Shown piece by piece: positions 24,975 to 37,750 of a DNA stretch of 64,000 nucleotides (its first letter is position 1; each line of letters starts with the position of its first letter). The position numbers and the translations under genes are program-made. Source of the DNA: Callorhinchus milii (Eukaryota); contig NW_024704742.1 in the NCBI RefSeq assembly GCF_018977255.1, positions 71,612,001-71,676,000 of the forward strand, written 5' to 3'. The notes under the pieces are model-generated. The model was not told where the DNA came from, searched no databases, and saw only the letters and a list, made by a program, of their open reading frames with translations.

Positions 24975-26075
24975 TCAAGTGCAAGGATTATTATTATTAT
25001 TAATTGGAGTGGAGCAGTGAAGAGTGTGTATGAAGGGCGAGGTGTGTGGAGCCAGGCTCCACTTGTTAGTGTGCCAGCACAGAGAATCGGGAGAGACCAA
25101 GATAAGCCTGGGATGGAGTGGGCCAGTATCCAAGATGCGCCCAGAGTGTCTGAGCTCCAGCTATCTCACTGTCCTTGCTCCCGGGCAGAAGGTCACCCAA
25201 ATCTGTCCAGCTTTGGAGCACTCACACCTGCCAGCCATTGTTCCCCTCACACCCTCCCCCATCTTTCCCTCCCACCCCCCAACCCCCACTCTTTGCTCTG
25301 TGTGTCTGAGCCATTTGCACAACACCCATGTTCCATCTCAAACTCTCTGCTTGTCTCTCTGTACCTGTGATCTCAGCGTGGCTCTGTCTCGAGGTCAGAA
25401 GGTTGTGGGTTCAAGCCTTCCTCCCGCACCATCCCCCCCCACTCCCTCCAGCCCTCACCTGCTCGGGATCGGAGCTCACAGTCCAGGCTGCCTCCCACCT
25501 TAGTGCTAGGAGGAGCCCGCATTGTCGGAAGCGCCATCTTTCGGATGAGATGATAAACTGAGCTCCCGTCTGTTCAGTGGATGTTAAAGAACCTGCGGTG
25601 CTGTTGGTAAAGAGAAGGGAGTTTCTCTCTGTTGATGTCCTGGCCAACCATCCCCCAGACGCAATCTGCTGGTTTTCACTGTGTGGCTGAGTGTGGGCTT
25701 TTGCAGGGTGTGAGTCTGAGCTCCCAACGTGAAATATAAACTGTTATTGGCAGTCAGATAGATACAATTTACACTCACACAGAGGCTTCCTTACACATCA
25801 GGAGGATGTTCAGAGGCTTCACACAGCTCACTTAGAGCTAAGGAGGTTGTGTGTGTGTGGGGGGGTGGGGTGGCGGGGTGTTGGGGGAGTTGTTGGGAAG
25901 GTAACCAAAAGTAAAAGAAGTAAATCTTCCCACGCAGCTCCTGCTAACCCTGCAAGCCAAAGTCCTAACGGGTAGAGTTGGTGCTAACTGGACGAGCAGC
26001 GGGAAAGCTTATCAGACAGCATTCTCAATGGCAAGTTATGTGGTTTTAGCTGCTTCGACTCCTGCAGTTACCCCA
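24975..26075 (+). repeat. copy 1 of a ~1.1-kb inverted duplication
   Basis: Near-identical reverse complement at about 43500-44580; matching peptides on opposite strands in the ORF track (25017 + vs 44240 -, 25584 - vs 43796 +). Confidence 0.95.
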
Positions 26076-26494
26076 AAGCACACTCTGGGGTCCCCAAGCC
26101 TTGGCTCTTGTGAACCTGGGCCTAATACTCTCTGGAATTAGGTAAGCAGGATGCGTCCCTCCAGGGAGAAAGAGCACATTCCATTCCAACAATCTATCTC
26201 TGCATTTCCGTGTGTCGTTGGGATGCATAGAATTCTCACTTTGGTTCTCAATCCATGTTTATGGGACACTACTGTGCGCAATTGCCTGCCACATTTCAAG
26301 AGCAATGGTTGGTGTGTCTTCTTGGCTCAGCCTCGCTCTCGCTCGCTTGTGAGTCAGAGGCATCAAATGGTCTAAGCTGACACTCTAATGCAGCGATGTG
26401 GTGTGTTGCATTGTCGGAGGTACTGTCCTTCAGATGAGACATTAAACTCAGTTCCCGTCTGTGCCTGTTCAGGTGGAAGTTAAAGATACCAACA

Positions 26495-27000
26495 ACAGCA
26501 ACAACAAAATTACCTTCATATAACACCTTTCATGTCAGGAGGATGACCCAAGGTGTTGGACAATCAGTGTTTCAGACCTGAGCTGGGGGTTGGGATCGGG
26601 GAGGCTGGAGGGCAGGTGGGGAAGCAGGGTGATCGAAAGCATGGTCGAAGAGGAAGGTCTTGAGATAGATCTTGAAGGAAGCAAGGGAGGGGGCGAGGTG
26701 AAGGGACTGAGAGCGATGGAGTTCCAAAGGGTGGTGGCAGAAGGCCCGCCCGTCAACAGTCGGGTGGACGAGGTGGGGGACTTGAAGCAGGCTGGAGCCC
26801 GCTGAGCGGAGGGAGCGAGCAGGATGGTAGAGGGTTAGGAAGTCGCAGAGGTAGGGGGGAGCAAGGCCATGGAGGGCTTTGAAGGTGAGGACCAGGATCT
26901 TGAACTGTATCCTCTGTGTGATGGGAAGCCAGTGGAGCTGGGTGAGGATGGGGGCTGCAGAGTTCTGGATAATTTGCAGCCTATGGAGGAAGGAGTTGGA
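26495..27000 (-). mobile_element. L2 LINE 3' fragment
   Basis: LHRLQIIQNSAA..LHWLPITQRIQFKILVLTFKALHGLAPPYL (ORF 26572..27114). Confidence 0.9.
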
Positions 27001-27343
27001 TGTACCATAGTGGCTTTCGTGAGTAGGAGATGGTTCGGGAGGAAGAGGAAGCAAGGGAATCGAGAGTGGAGGAGAGGGAGCTGTGGAGAAGAATGACCGA
27101 GGAGGAAAGGTCATTGCCGGAGGAAGCCCAGAGGGGAAGGATGTTCATATAACTTTGAGGCAGCCGAGACTATGCCACTATTTGAAAAGAGAAGGGAGTT
27201 TTGTGCTGTGCACAAACTGGCTGCCAAGTTTCACCCACGAAACACACAGTTTACTCTACTTTACAATATAGCCTGTGAAGCGCTTTGAGACGTCTCAACC
27301 ACATGATAAGGTGCTATATCAAATGGAAGGATTATTATTATTA

Positions 27344-27375
<32 letters not shown>

Positions 27376-29909
27376 CTGGGTGATTGTCAGCCAGGACACA
27401 GGGAAAGATAAAATCCCTTCGCTTTTCAAACATCATCGCGGGATCTTTAATGTCCATCTGAACAGGCACAGATGGGGAGTGGGGTTTAACATCTCATCTG
27501 AAGGACGGTGCCTCCGCCAATGTGGTGCTCTCTCCCCCAGCACTGCGCTGGGGCTTCAGCCTGCAATGTGAGCTCAGAGTCTGACATGGAGGCTCCCAAC
27601 ACGTTGGATCCCTGATACGAGGAGGGAGGGCGAGTGGGGAGGAAGGATCAAATAATAATAATAATCCTTGCATTTGATATAGCGCTTTTCACGTCGGGAG
27701 GATGTCCCAAAGCGCTTCACAGAACACACTGTAAAGTGAATTGACTGTATATTTGTGGGCGAACGCGGCAGCCAATTGCGCACAGCAATGTCCCACAAAC
27801 AGTCGTAGATTGAAAATGACCAATTTATTATTGTTTTTGGTTTTGGAGGGATTATTATTAGGCTCTGTGTGGAGTAAGGAAACTTGCCCAAGGTTTCGCC
27901 CTCTGCCTGGAATTGAACTCAGGTCTCTCACTTGCAAAGCGAGTGCTCTAACCACTGAGCTACAGGACTCCACTGGGGGAGAGGGGCCATGTTGAAGCAG
28001 AACGTGCTCCCCATAGGAATTATTCCCAGCATTCCAAACTCGGGAGCTCAGAGCAAACGTGTCTCACATAATGTGACTCACTGGATCTCATTAACGGAGA
28101 ATCGGGAAATGTATATAAACCCTGGGGCTGTCTCACAACACCAGCCCAACCCCTCACCCCTACCTCCCACCCCCACCGATTGCGGCACTCTCTCTGTCCC
28201 TATCCTTAAACGGCAGGATCTAACCTGCTTCTCACCAGCGCAGGAAGCGGCTGAAAAACTGTGACATTTATCTGTCCGCAGGGAGGGGAGCGGGGGAAGG
28301 GCTGTTAATGAGGGAATGGTTTCCCCTCAACCCCCTCCCCCCCTCCACAAACACACACACGCACACCCCAGGTCGATCTCACATGCTCAGTGTGTGGAGA
28401 ACCTCAACTCGGAGTCCGTAACAGAGAGAGGGAGAGAGAGAGACACACACACAGACAGTGAGAGCACAGAGAGAGAATGGGAGAGAGCGTGTGTGAGACT
28501 CCGCTGTTGGTATCCAAACTTGCACCCCATCACCCCAGTACTTGCCCAGCTATTGCAGAACAGATTGATTTCAAAATCCTCTCACTCACATCCAAATCAC
28601 TCCCTAACTCTCCGACCTGCTCACAGGCTACTCCTCTACCCGGTGCCTCCGCTCAGTTGGCTCTGGCCCCTCCGTTTCACCATTAATGGCCACACTTTCA
28701 GCCACTATGCTCTGAAACTCTGGAACAATCCCTCAATCCCTCCGCCTTGCCCCCTCTTTCCTCTCTTTTACATCACACCTGAAGACCTTATGGTCATCAC
28801 CTTCCTCCCCCACCGGCTCGGCATCAGGCTGCGCCAGTGTTAAGCGCTCTGAGACGCTGCCCACGTGAAGGACACAAGATATAAATGCTAGTTGTTGTTT
28901 TTTGTTGGCTCAGCTGATAGCAGTCTTCCTTCTGAGTGAGAAGGACATGGGTTCAGTGCAGTGCTGGAGGGAGCATTGCATTGTCGGAGGCGCCATCCAT
29001 TGGATGAGATGTTAAACTGAGTTCCCTTCTATGCCTGTTCAGGTGGATGTCAAAGGTCCCGCCGCTCCTTTGGAAAAGAGAAGAAAGTTTCTCTCTCCAG
29101 CAGTGTCCTGGCTGACAATGCCACAGATAAATTCAGTCACTCACTTCATGGCTGTTTGTGGGACATTGCTGTGGGCAAATTGGCTACAGCGTTTGCTTAC
29201 AAAATACACAGTCACTACACTTTACATTATATTTCTGCATTCTTCATATATACATTATAACACTTTCAAATGTCTCAACAAAGTAATAAGGCACTATATT
29301 AGCTATTATTATTATTATTATATAATGTCCATCATAAAATAATCTGAAATTAATGTGACAGATCTCTCTCTCTTCCAGGTGGTGAGATGCTGAAGTGCTC
29401 TGTGCTTGTGAGCATTCACACCTCATTCCCAGAACAACTCAGTGCCTGAGGAGAGCAACACACACTGGTTAGTTAAGGTGTTTAAAATGATAAAAGGATT
29501 TGACAGGGTAGCTACAGATACTCTTTTCTCTGGTGGAGAAATAATAATCCTTACATTTCATATAGCGCCTTATCATGTTGTTGAGACATCTCAAAGCGCT
29601 TCACAGAATTTACTGTAAAATGAATTGACTGTATATTTTGTGGGCGAAACATGGCAGCCAATTGTACACAACAGTGTCCCGCAAACAGTCATGGATTGAG
29701 TGAACAAATCATTATTATTAATTTTTGAAGGCCTAGTACTCCTGGAAAGTGATCTGCCAATCAATTAACAACTGGGTTCCTACTTACTGCTAGGTAAACA
29801 AAGGCGTGTGGAGTAAGGAAACTTGCCAAAGGTTTCGCACCGCTCGGAAAGAAAACCAGGTCTTTTCGCTTGTGAAGCGAGTGCGCTAAGCACAACATTA
29901 CAGGACTCT

Positions 29910-30287
29910 GTTTAAGGTGTTTAAAATGATGAAAGGATTCAATAGAGTAGCTACAAAGAAACTAGTTCCTTTGGTGGGGAATGCCAGAACATGGGGCATC
30001 ATCTTAAAATTAGAGCTAAGCCATTTAGGAGTGAAATCAAGAGGCAGTTTTTCACACAAAGGGTAGTGGAAATCTGGAACTCTCTCCCTCAAAAGGATAT
30101 GGATGTGCAATCCATTCACATTTTCAAGACTGAGGTGGATTGATGTTTGTTAGGTCAGTGTATCAAGGCAAATGGGGCAAAGACACCCATATCCCTTGGA
30201 GTTGAGGTATAGATCAGCCATGATCTTATAGAATGGTGCAACAGCCTCGAGGGGCTGAATGGTCTACTCTTGTTTCTATGTTCCTGT
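29910..30287 (+). mobile_element. CR1 LINE 3' fragment
   Basis: VFKMMKGF..FFTQRVVEIWNSLP-like frame and tail gaggggctgaatggtctactcttg. Confidence 0.8.
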
Positions 30288-30639
30288 GTACTACATTTCT
30301 ATATCTCACCCTTAGTTCTGGATGATCTGCAACCTATGGAGGGAAGAGTTGGGGAGGCCAACAATAATAATAATAATAATCCTTGCATTTGATATAGCGC
30401 TTTTTCACGTCTTTTCGACATCTCAAAGCGCTTCACAGAAAGTAAGGAGATGGGTAGGGATGGAGTTGAGGGAGCATGTGGTCAATTTCATGTGGGTTAT
30501 GGTGGTAATGAAAGAGGAGGGGCTGATAGGTTCGAAGATGTGGAGGAAGGGATGGGTGGGGGCCGAGGTGTGAGGGGAAGATGGGGAGGGGGTGGTGGTC
30601 GGAAGAGTAGAGGCAGCTGAGCGGATCCCCTCGACTTTG

Positions 30640-30875
30640 GTTTCGAGGAAGGTCTTCAGACAGGCTTTGAAGGAGGCAAAGGAGGGAGCAAGACTGAGGG
30701 ACTGTGAGATGGAGTTCAAGAGCGTGGGGGCAGAGAGACTGAAGGCCCGACCACCAATGGTGGGGCGTGACGGCAAGGGACGTGGAGCCTGCTGAGTGGA
30801 GGAAGCGGACTGGTTGGAATGGGGTTAGCTGGTCACAGAGGTAGGGAGGAGCAAGGCCATGGAGGGCTTTGAAAA
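30640..30875 (-). mobile_element. L2 LINE fragment
   Basis: KALHGLAPPYLCD..PTIGGRAFSLSAPTLLNS. Confidence 0.8.
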
Positions 30876-32061
30876 ACACTGAAAGCTCCAACAGATGGAG
30901 CATTAACTCATCCTTATCTTCTCATCTGGTTCCATCAACGGTGGGCAACTTGCCAGAGAGGGGAGGGGTGGGGAGGGGGTGTAATGGCTGAGGGTGCGAG
31001 CTGACTTGTCACTCAGTGTCTTCAAACAGTGTGAGGATGCAATAAACAAGGCAAGCAGGAGGCAACACTGCCAACAGCTCAGGTCATAAATCCCAGGTCA
31101 GTTTAGGCTATCCAGCTCTATACAGGTCACACACACCTGGAGCACTGTGTAGATAACACTAATAACTGAATTTGATTTAGCACCTTATTATGTCGTTGAG
31201 ATGTCTCAAAGCGCTTCACTGGATATACTGTAATGTATAGTGACTGTGTACAGTAAACCACAAATACGTTGCATCAGTTGGGACCATATATTTAATACTA
31301 CTTAAGCAAATTATGAGTTATGTCAAATTTGCATAGTTTATAAACTGTTGAACAGTACTTGGACCAATGTCCGACTTTGGCAATTATACGATTTATACAG
31401 ATCAGACTTATGATCTGTGACGCTAACCTGCATGAGGGGCGCGATATAAATGCAAGTCGTTGTTGTTATGCGAGTTTTACTGCATTTTGTGGGCAAAACA
31501 CGGCAGTCAATTGCACGCAGCACTGTCCCACAAACAGCCATGTACTGAGTGACCAATTTTATTTGGGGTATTGTCAGCCAGGACACCGGGAGAGAGAAAC
31601 TCCCTTCTCTTTTCAAACAGGTCCGCAGGATCTTTAATGACCACCTGTACAGGCAGACGGGACTGCGGTTTAACATCTCTTCCAAAAGACGGCACCTCTG
31701 ACAAAGCAGCATATCCTCAGCACTACACTGGAGTGTTCAACCGAGACTATGTAATTCCAAGTCCCGATGTGGGGCTTGAACCCACAATCTTCTAACTCAG
31801 AGGCGAGACACGCAGCTCTGGTCAGACACACCTGGAGTACGCACACACTCTCCCTCTCTGTTTCTCTCACACTTTCTCAACAATCTCTCACACGTTCTTG
31901 CTCTCTCTCTCTCTCTCATACTCTCACTCTCACACACTCTTTCATACACAGTTTCTCTTTGTCTCACTCTCATGCACACACCCTCTCCCAGTCTCTTATA
32001 CTCTCTTCCTCTCTCTCATACTCTTCTCTGGAAGTTTGCCTGACAAACTGCTAGATAAGAT

Positions 32062-32431
32062 TTGTAGCGAAGTGGTTAGTACGTTTGCCTCGCAAGCGAG
32101 AGGACCGTTTCCTGGACGGGGAGAAACCTTAGGCAATTTTCCTTACTCCACATGCCTCTGTTTACCCAGCAGTAGGTAAACAGAGGTATGCAGGAACCCG
32201 GTGGTTAGTTGTTTGGCGGATCACTTTCCAGGGGTAATAATCTCTTCAAATAAATAAATAATAATGTGGCCACTCAATCCACAACTATTTGTGGGACACT
32301 GCTGTGTGCAATTAGCTGCCACGCTTTGCCCACAAAATACAGTCAATTCACTTTACAGTGGACAAAAGCGCTTTGAGATGTCTCAGCGATGTGATAATGC
32401 GCTGTATCAAATACAAAGATTATTATTATTA
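32062..32431 (+). mobile_element. family A SINE; further plus copies near 55668-56045, 59513-59810, 62911-63283
   Basis: Head, core and (ATT)n tail. Confidence 0.85.
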
Positions 32432-32794
32432 TAAAATCGCTCATTCTCCTCACGGCTGTTTGTGGCGCGTCACCGTGCAAAAATTGGCTGCTGGGAACAA
32501 CAACACAGTCACTTCACCATACAGTACATTCATGTGAAGCGCTTTGAGACGTCCTCCCGATGCGAAAGGAGCAGTGTCGAAAACAAGGATTATTATTGTG
32601 ATATTCTTATTGCTGTTGAAGTGGGAAAGAGTGGTGGGCGCAGTTCATATTGGTGGCCAGCTGGGGGAAGAGGAGAGCAGCTGTCCCGGAGATGTTGGGC
32701 TCAGTCACTCCAACAGGGATAAGGTCAACGTGACTCCCCACACAGTCTGAGATTAGAACAAATCTCCCTCTCGCTCCCTTGTCCCTGGCAAACT

Positions 32795-33054
32795 GTTTAT
32801 CCTCCTTGTGGAGGAGTTAAACAGGGTCTCCTAGAATCTGAACTGGCTCCAAGGTGCCAATGCCTGGCAACGGAATGTCGGAATCGAGTCCACCCTCTGT
32901 AACGGTCTCTCGTCGGGATCCTGAGCCAAGTGGGTCCGCAGTATTCCAGGGCACTGCTGATGGCAGCACAGCCCAGCCTGGCTCATCACCAGGACCTGGA
33001 AGGGCAGACCAGTCACTGGGGGCAGGGAATCCTCCCACTCAGCTCCTGTTAACC
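32795..33054 (+). mobile_element. family X repeat, middle segment; close relative at about 48330-48615
   Basis: The ~190-bp core is nearly identical between the two copies (same peptide ESSP..SRDPEPSGSAVFQGTADGSTAQPGSSPGPGRADQSLGAGNPP in the ORF track). Confidence 0.8.
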
Positions 33055-33074
33055 ATCGCTCTGCCTCCTCATCC

Positions 33075-33579
33075 TTCCAGACCTCTATGCTGTGTTTGAC
33101 ACTATCGATCACGCCATCCTCCTCCACCACATCTCCTCCCTCATCCACCTTAGTGGGACCGCACTCGCATGGTTTGAGGCCCATTTAACAAACCACCAAC
33201 AATACATCTCGGCAAATGGTTATTCCTCCTGCCCCACCTGGTCACTTGCATGGAACCCCAAGGCTCCAGCTTTGGCCCCCGACTTTCCTTATCTACAAGC
33301 TCTCTGTTGGCAATGTCATTCGCAAACATGGGTCAACTTCCACCCAAATCTACTTCTTCTCAAGGCCTGGGTGAGCGCAAATTTCCTGCAGGTGAATGTC
33401 GGAAAGACAGAAGCCATACTCTTTGGCTCCCGTCAATGTCCTCTCTCTTGCGGGTCTGAACTCCTCAACCTTGCCGGGCTCTCTCTCAGACTCACCAAAC
33501 CCATGCATAACTTAGACGTCAGGTTCAATCCCCAGCTTTACTTGCTGCCACACATCCATTCCCTACCCAGGACCACTTT
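33075..33579 (+). mobile_element. L2 LINE ORF2 (RT region) remnant, 5' part, split by an LTR element
   Basis: FDTIDHAILL..GTALAWFEAHLTNHQQ..NFLQVNVGKTEAILFG..LLPHIHSLPRTT. Confidence 0.85.
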
Positions 33580-33924
33580 TGTAAGGGTTAATTTAAATTT
33601 GTGACCCTGCGGTGAAGTAAGGACTGACACAAATTATTCAAAAATATAGATGTTTATTAATTCAGATTAATAATTATAAGTAATTAAAAGAATACATCAC
33701 AATAATGCTTACGTATCCACGTACAGTTCACCACGATTTAAGTTGATCTAACCAAATGCTGTGGAAGAGATAGTAGCAATGTCCAATTTAATGCCCATTT
33801 TAATGTCTCCTTTTTAATCCAAATATATATGTCCATTGAAAGGTATCCAAGTATTGTTGTACGTTTCTCAGTTAGATCACCCAAAAGTATCCAGGTATTG
33901 TTGCATGTTTAATTCAATCACTCG

Positions 33925-34326
33925 AAAGTATCCAGGTATTATTATTATTGTATTAGAGTAAATGAACTTGCCCGCTAAGTTGAAAAGCAAACTGAGACAG
34001 ATATGAACCCAACAGCATGAACAGAGATGCAATAACATTGGACATCAAATAACTATTTTTACAAACATCAGTGAACCTCGGTAAAAATACAATGCTGGAT
34101 TGTATATTCAAAATACCTGTTGGGTAGGTATTTTGAATATACAATCCAGCATTGTATTTTTACTGAGGTTCACTGATGTTTGTAAAAATAGTTATTTGAT
34201 GCCCAATGTTAAAAACAAATGTATCTCTGTTCATGCTGTTGGGTTCATATCTGTCTCAGTTTGCTTTTCAACTTAGTGGGCAAGTTAATTTACTCTAAAG
34301 CAATAATAATAATACCTGGATACTTT
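33925..34326. repeat. ~400-bp near-perfect palindrome, arms about 194 and 201 bp, 7-nt loop
   Basis: Centre aaaatacct-gttgggt-aggtatttt with loop at 34119-34125; arms pair out to aaagtatccagg / cctggatacttt. Confidence 0.95.
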
Positions 34327-34349
34327 TGTGTTAGATATTTTGAATATAA

Positions 34350-34550
34350 CAAAAAACAATGATCAATTGGTCCCTTCAATCCACGACTGTTTGTGGGACA
34401 CTGCTGTGCGCAATTGACTGCCTCGTTTCGCCCACAAATATACAGTCAATTCATTTTACAATCTATTCTGTGAAGCGCTTTGAGACGTCTAGAAGACGTG
34501 AAAAGCGATATATCAAATGCAAGGATTATTATTATTATTTATTATTATTA
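34350..34550 (+). mobile_element. 5'-truncated SINE inserted in the LTR element
   Basis: Shared SINE tail ending in (ATT)n. Confidence 0.85.
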
Positions 34551-35542
34551 TGGCACGTCCGATTCTGTTATGGCATGTCCAATTTGATCCCTTCGATTTC
34601 TTCTGATTCTGTTCTGAATCGATCTCCGTTTATACAATTCTTTAGGTGACCTTTCACCTATTGTCTTCTGTAAGATAGTTCCTTTGTAAAAACAAATGCG
34701 GTGTAGCTCTCTCCAGCTGCAGACCATTTTTCCATGAGTAAATGACTGATAAAGAATGAAAGCAGTTTGTTGTTTATAAACAGTCTTTTGTTTCTCCTCC
34801 TTGAGAAAGGATCTTCTTCGAAGCTAGTCACAACCAGTTCCCCTCATATGAGATTGATCATATGTTTCAAATATATAAATATCACAAATATAATTTGAGA
34901 TATTATTTAACACATTAATAACAGAATCCTACAGCCCACTTTTATTATTGCAATGAATGTAAAGTCAGTACCATTCTGCTCCATCTCTCTCACCACATTC
35001 TATCTTCAAACTATTTTTAATTTTTTATGATTCTTAAGGATTCATAAAAAAATTTACTTTTTTTTCTGACGCACAATACAACAATTACAGTACATCATTA
35101 TTAATAATTATATAAATAAAAATAAACTAACAAGGTTACACTTAAATTGTATTACCACGAAAAAATGTTATGGGCACACTTCTTTTTCTTTCAAAATATC
35201 TCTTATAAAATTCCCAATAATTGCATCCATATTTAATTTGTATAAATATCACTTTGATTAAATACTGGAATACACAAAATAAGTGATACATAAAATAAAT
35301 CAGAATAAATCAAGTAATATTAAGATAATTGACATTGTAACATTTATAAAAATTAAAAACTACTGAAATATGAATGTACTTGACATTTTTGATAGCGTAC
35401 TTTTTTCTCTTATACCTAGCAATGTTCACTCTACCCTGTCATTCCACGCTCACATCACATGTCCCAAATTATTTGGTATTATTTGTAATTCTGCAAATAG
35501 AATTTGAGATATTAGTTAACAGATTAATTACAGAATCCTACA

Positions 35543-36208
35543 CTTTTTTCTGCCTCGATCACATTGCCCACTTCTGTCCGTACCTCACAACCAAAGCAGC
35601 CAAAACCCTTGTCTACCCCTTTGTCACTTCCCGGCTGGACTTTTCCAATGCCCTCCTCACTGGTCTCCCCAGCTCCACCATACACAAAATTTAAGAGATT
35701 CAAAACTCCACCTTTCAGATACTCACCCGCACTAAACTCTGTATCCCCAGCACACCAGTCCTTGCCAAGCGCCATTGACTCCCAATTACTGAACGGATGG
35801 ATTTCAAGATTCTCTCACTCGTTTTCAAATACCTTTGTGGCCTCGCATCTCCCTACTTCTCCGACCTGCTTACCCCCCACTCCACCACCCGCTGTCTCTG
35901 CTCGGCTGGCTCCGGCCTTCTGTCTGTCACTCATGCCTTTTGATTCCACCATCGGTGGCCATGCCTTCAGCCACTACGGCCTTCAAGCCACTACGCTCCA
36001 AAATTCTGGAACTCTCTCCCTTGATCCCTCCACCTTGCCCCCTCCCTCCTCACTTTCAAATTCCATCTAAAGACCTTCTTTTTTGATCGTTCTTATGGTC
36101 ACCTCCCACTTCCCTCTCACCCTGGCTCGGGGTCAGACTCCACCACTGTCAAGTGCTCCGGGACGTTACCCCATGTGAAGGGCACTGTATAAATGCAAGT
36201 TGTTGATG
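35543..36208 (+). mobile_element. L2 LINE 3' part, continuation of 33075-33579
   Basis: FFCLDHIAHFCPYLTTKAAKTLVYPFVTSRLDFSNALLTGLP..STIGGHAFSHY, then L2 tail. Confidence 0.88.
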
Positions 36209-36849
36209 TTCCAAGACAAAATAGGATGGTCCGAGCTGGACAAGCAGCGGGAACCTTGCCAGACAGTGCTCTCAATGGGGTCATGTGGTTTTAGTTGGTT
36301 AGACTCCAGCAGTTAAACTCAACACACACCCTAAGGTACCGAAGCTTTGGTTCTCATCAACCTGTGCCTAATACTCTCCGGAATTCAGTAAGCAGTATGT
36401 GTCTCTCCAGGGAGAGGGAGAGCGCGTGCATTCCAATCCAGGCACAGAGAAATTCCCTTGTGCAGGTGAATTCTCAGTCTATTTCGGAGTCTCCACCAAA
36501 CACGATCAGAAAAGTTCCACTGGGAGCTCTCTGTCTCTCTCCCTCTCAAACAAACACTCTCTGTCTCAAACTCACTTTATCTCACACACTCACGCTCTCA
36601 CTCTCACACACTCACTTTGTCATACAAACTCCCTCTCTCTTGCTCTGTCTCTTCTATTTTCTCTCTCTCACACTTTCTGTCACACACTCATTCATGTTCT
36701 CACCCTCTCTTACATACTCAATCTCTCTGTCACTGTCTGTCACCACACTCTGTCACACACTCACTCACGCTCTCTATCTCTCACATTCTCTCTCTGAGGG
36801 TGTGTTGAGGATGTGTCTAACCACTGAGCATGGATGAGACAAAAAACGA

Positions 36850-37750
36850 GATTACATTTGTATAGCGCCTTTCATGTCAGGAGGACGTCCCAAGGCGCTG
36901 GACAGTGTACAGCATTTCAGACCTGAGCTGGGGTCAGGGAGGAGAAAGGAGGGAAGGGATGGCGGGTGACCGATGGCATGGTCGAAGAGGAGGGTCTTGA
37001 GGTGGGACTTGAAGGAGGCTAAGGAGGGGGCGAGGTGGAGTGACTGGGGGATGGAATTCCAGAGATTGGGGGCAGAGTGGCTGAAGGCTCTCCTGTCAAT
37101 GGTGGGCCGGGTGGGTCAGGGGATGTGGAGCAGGCCGGAGCCGGCTGAGCAGAGGGAGCGGGTGGGTTGGTAGGGGGTTAGGTGGTCGCAGAGGTAGGAT
37201 GGGGTGAAGCCATGGAGGGCTTTGTAGGTGAGGACCAGTACCTTGAACTGGATCCTCTGAAGGATAGGGAGCCAATGGAGTCGGGTGAGAGTGGGGGAGA
37301 TGGGGTCACAAAGTTTTCTGCGGGAGAGGACACAGGATGCAGAGTTCTGGATTATCTGCAGCCTATGGAGGGAAGAGTTAGGAAGGCCGACAAACAGGGC
37401 ATTTGCATAGTCGAACCTGGAGGTGATGAAGGCATGAACAAGAGTTTCAGCGGCCTGAGGGGTGAGGTAGTGGCGGAGTCGGGCGATGTTATGGAGGTGA
37501 GGGAAGGCAGAGCGGGTCATGGCTTGGATGTGGGGGAGAAAAGACAGTTGAGGGTCGAACAAGACACCGAGGTTCCTGACTGGCGGTGAGTTTTTGCGTT
37601 CAACCATGGAGGTTGATGCTGCCGGAGCCTGAGGTGCTGAGGCGCTGGTGTGAGCCAATCAGGAGGGCCTCAGTCTTGTTCACATTCAACTGTAGGAAAT
37701 TTGCCCTCATCCACGACTTGATGTCCGACAGACAGTCTGTCAGGACAGCA
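36850..37750 (-). mobile_element. L2 LINE 3' fragment, ~0.9 kb, relatively well preserved
   Basis: VRNLGVLFDPQLSFLPHI..AETLVHAFITSRFDYANALFVGLP..LHWLPILQRIQFKVLVLTYKALHG (ORF 37116..37658). Confidence 0.92.

Larger units (their letters stand above)
33580..35542 (-). mobile_element. internally deleted LTR retroelement (Gypsy- or ERV-like): short 5' LTR stub, internal remnant, PPT, full 3' LTR
   Basis: TG...CA ends; 4-bp TSD CTTT at 33576-33579 and 35543-35546; 49-bp terminal repeat 34885-34933 vs 35494-35542 (45/49); purine tract beside the inner copy; AATAAA on the minus strand at 33653-33658. Confidence 0.75.

Noticed and set aside
31081..31100. AGGTCA(n8)AGGTCA DR8 element
   Set aside because: Lies within what looks like a degraded CR1 fragment; no independent support.
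34950..35490. env-like transmembrane peptide on the minus strand of the LTR remnant (..LFLFI*LLIMMYCNCCIVRQKKK)
   Set aside because: Interrupted by stops, and AT-rich DNA yields hydrophobic peptides by default.
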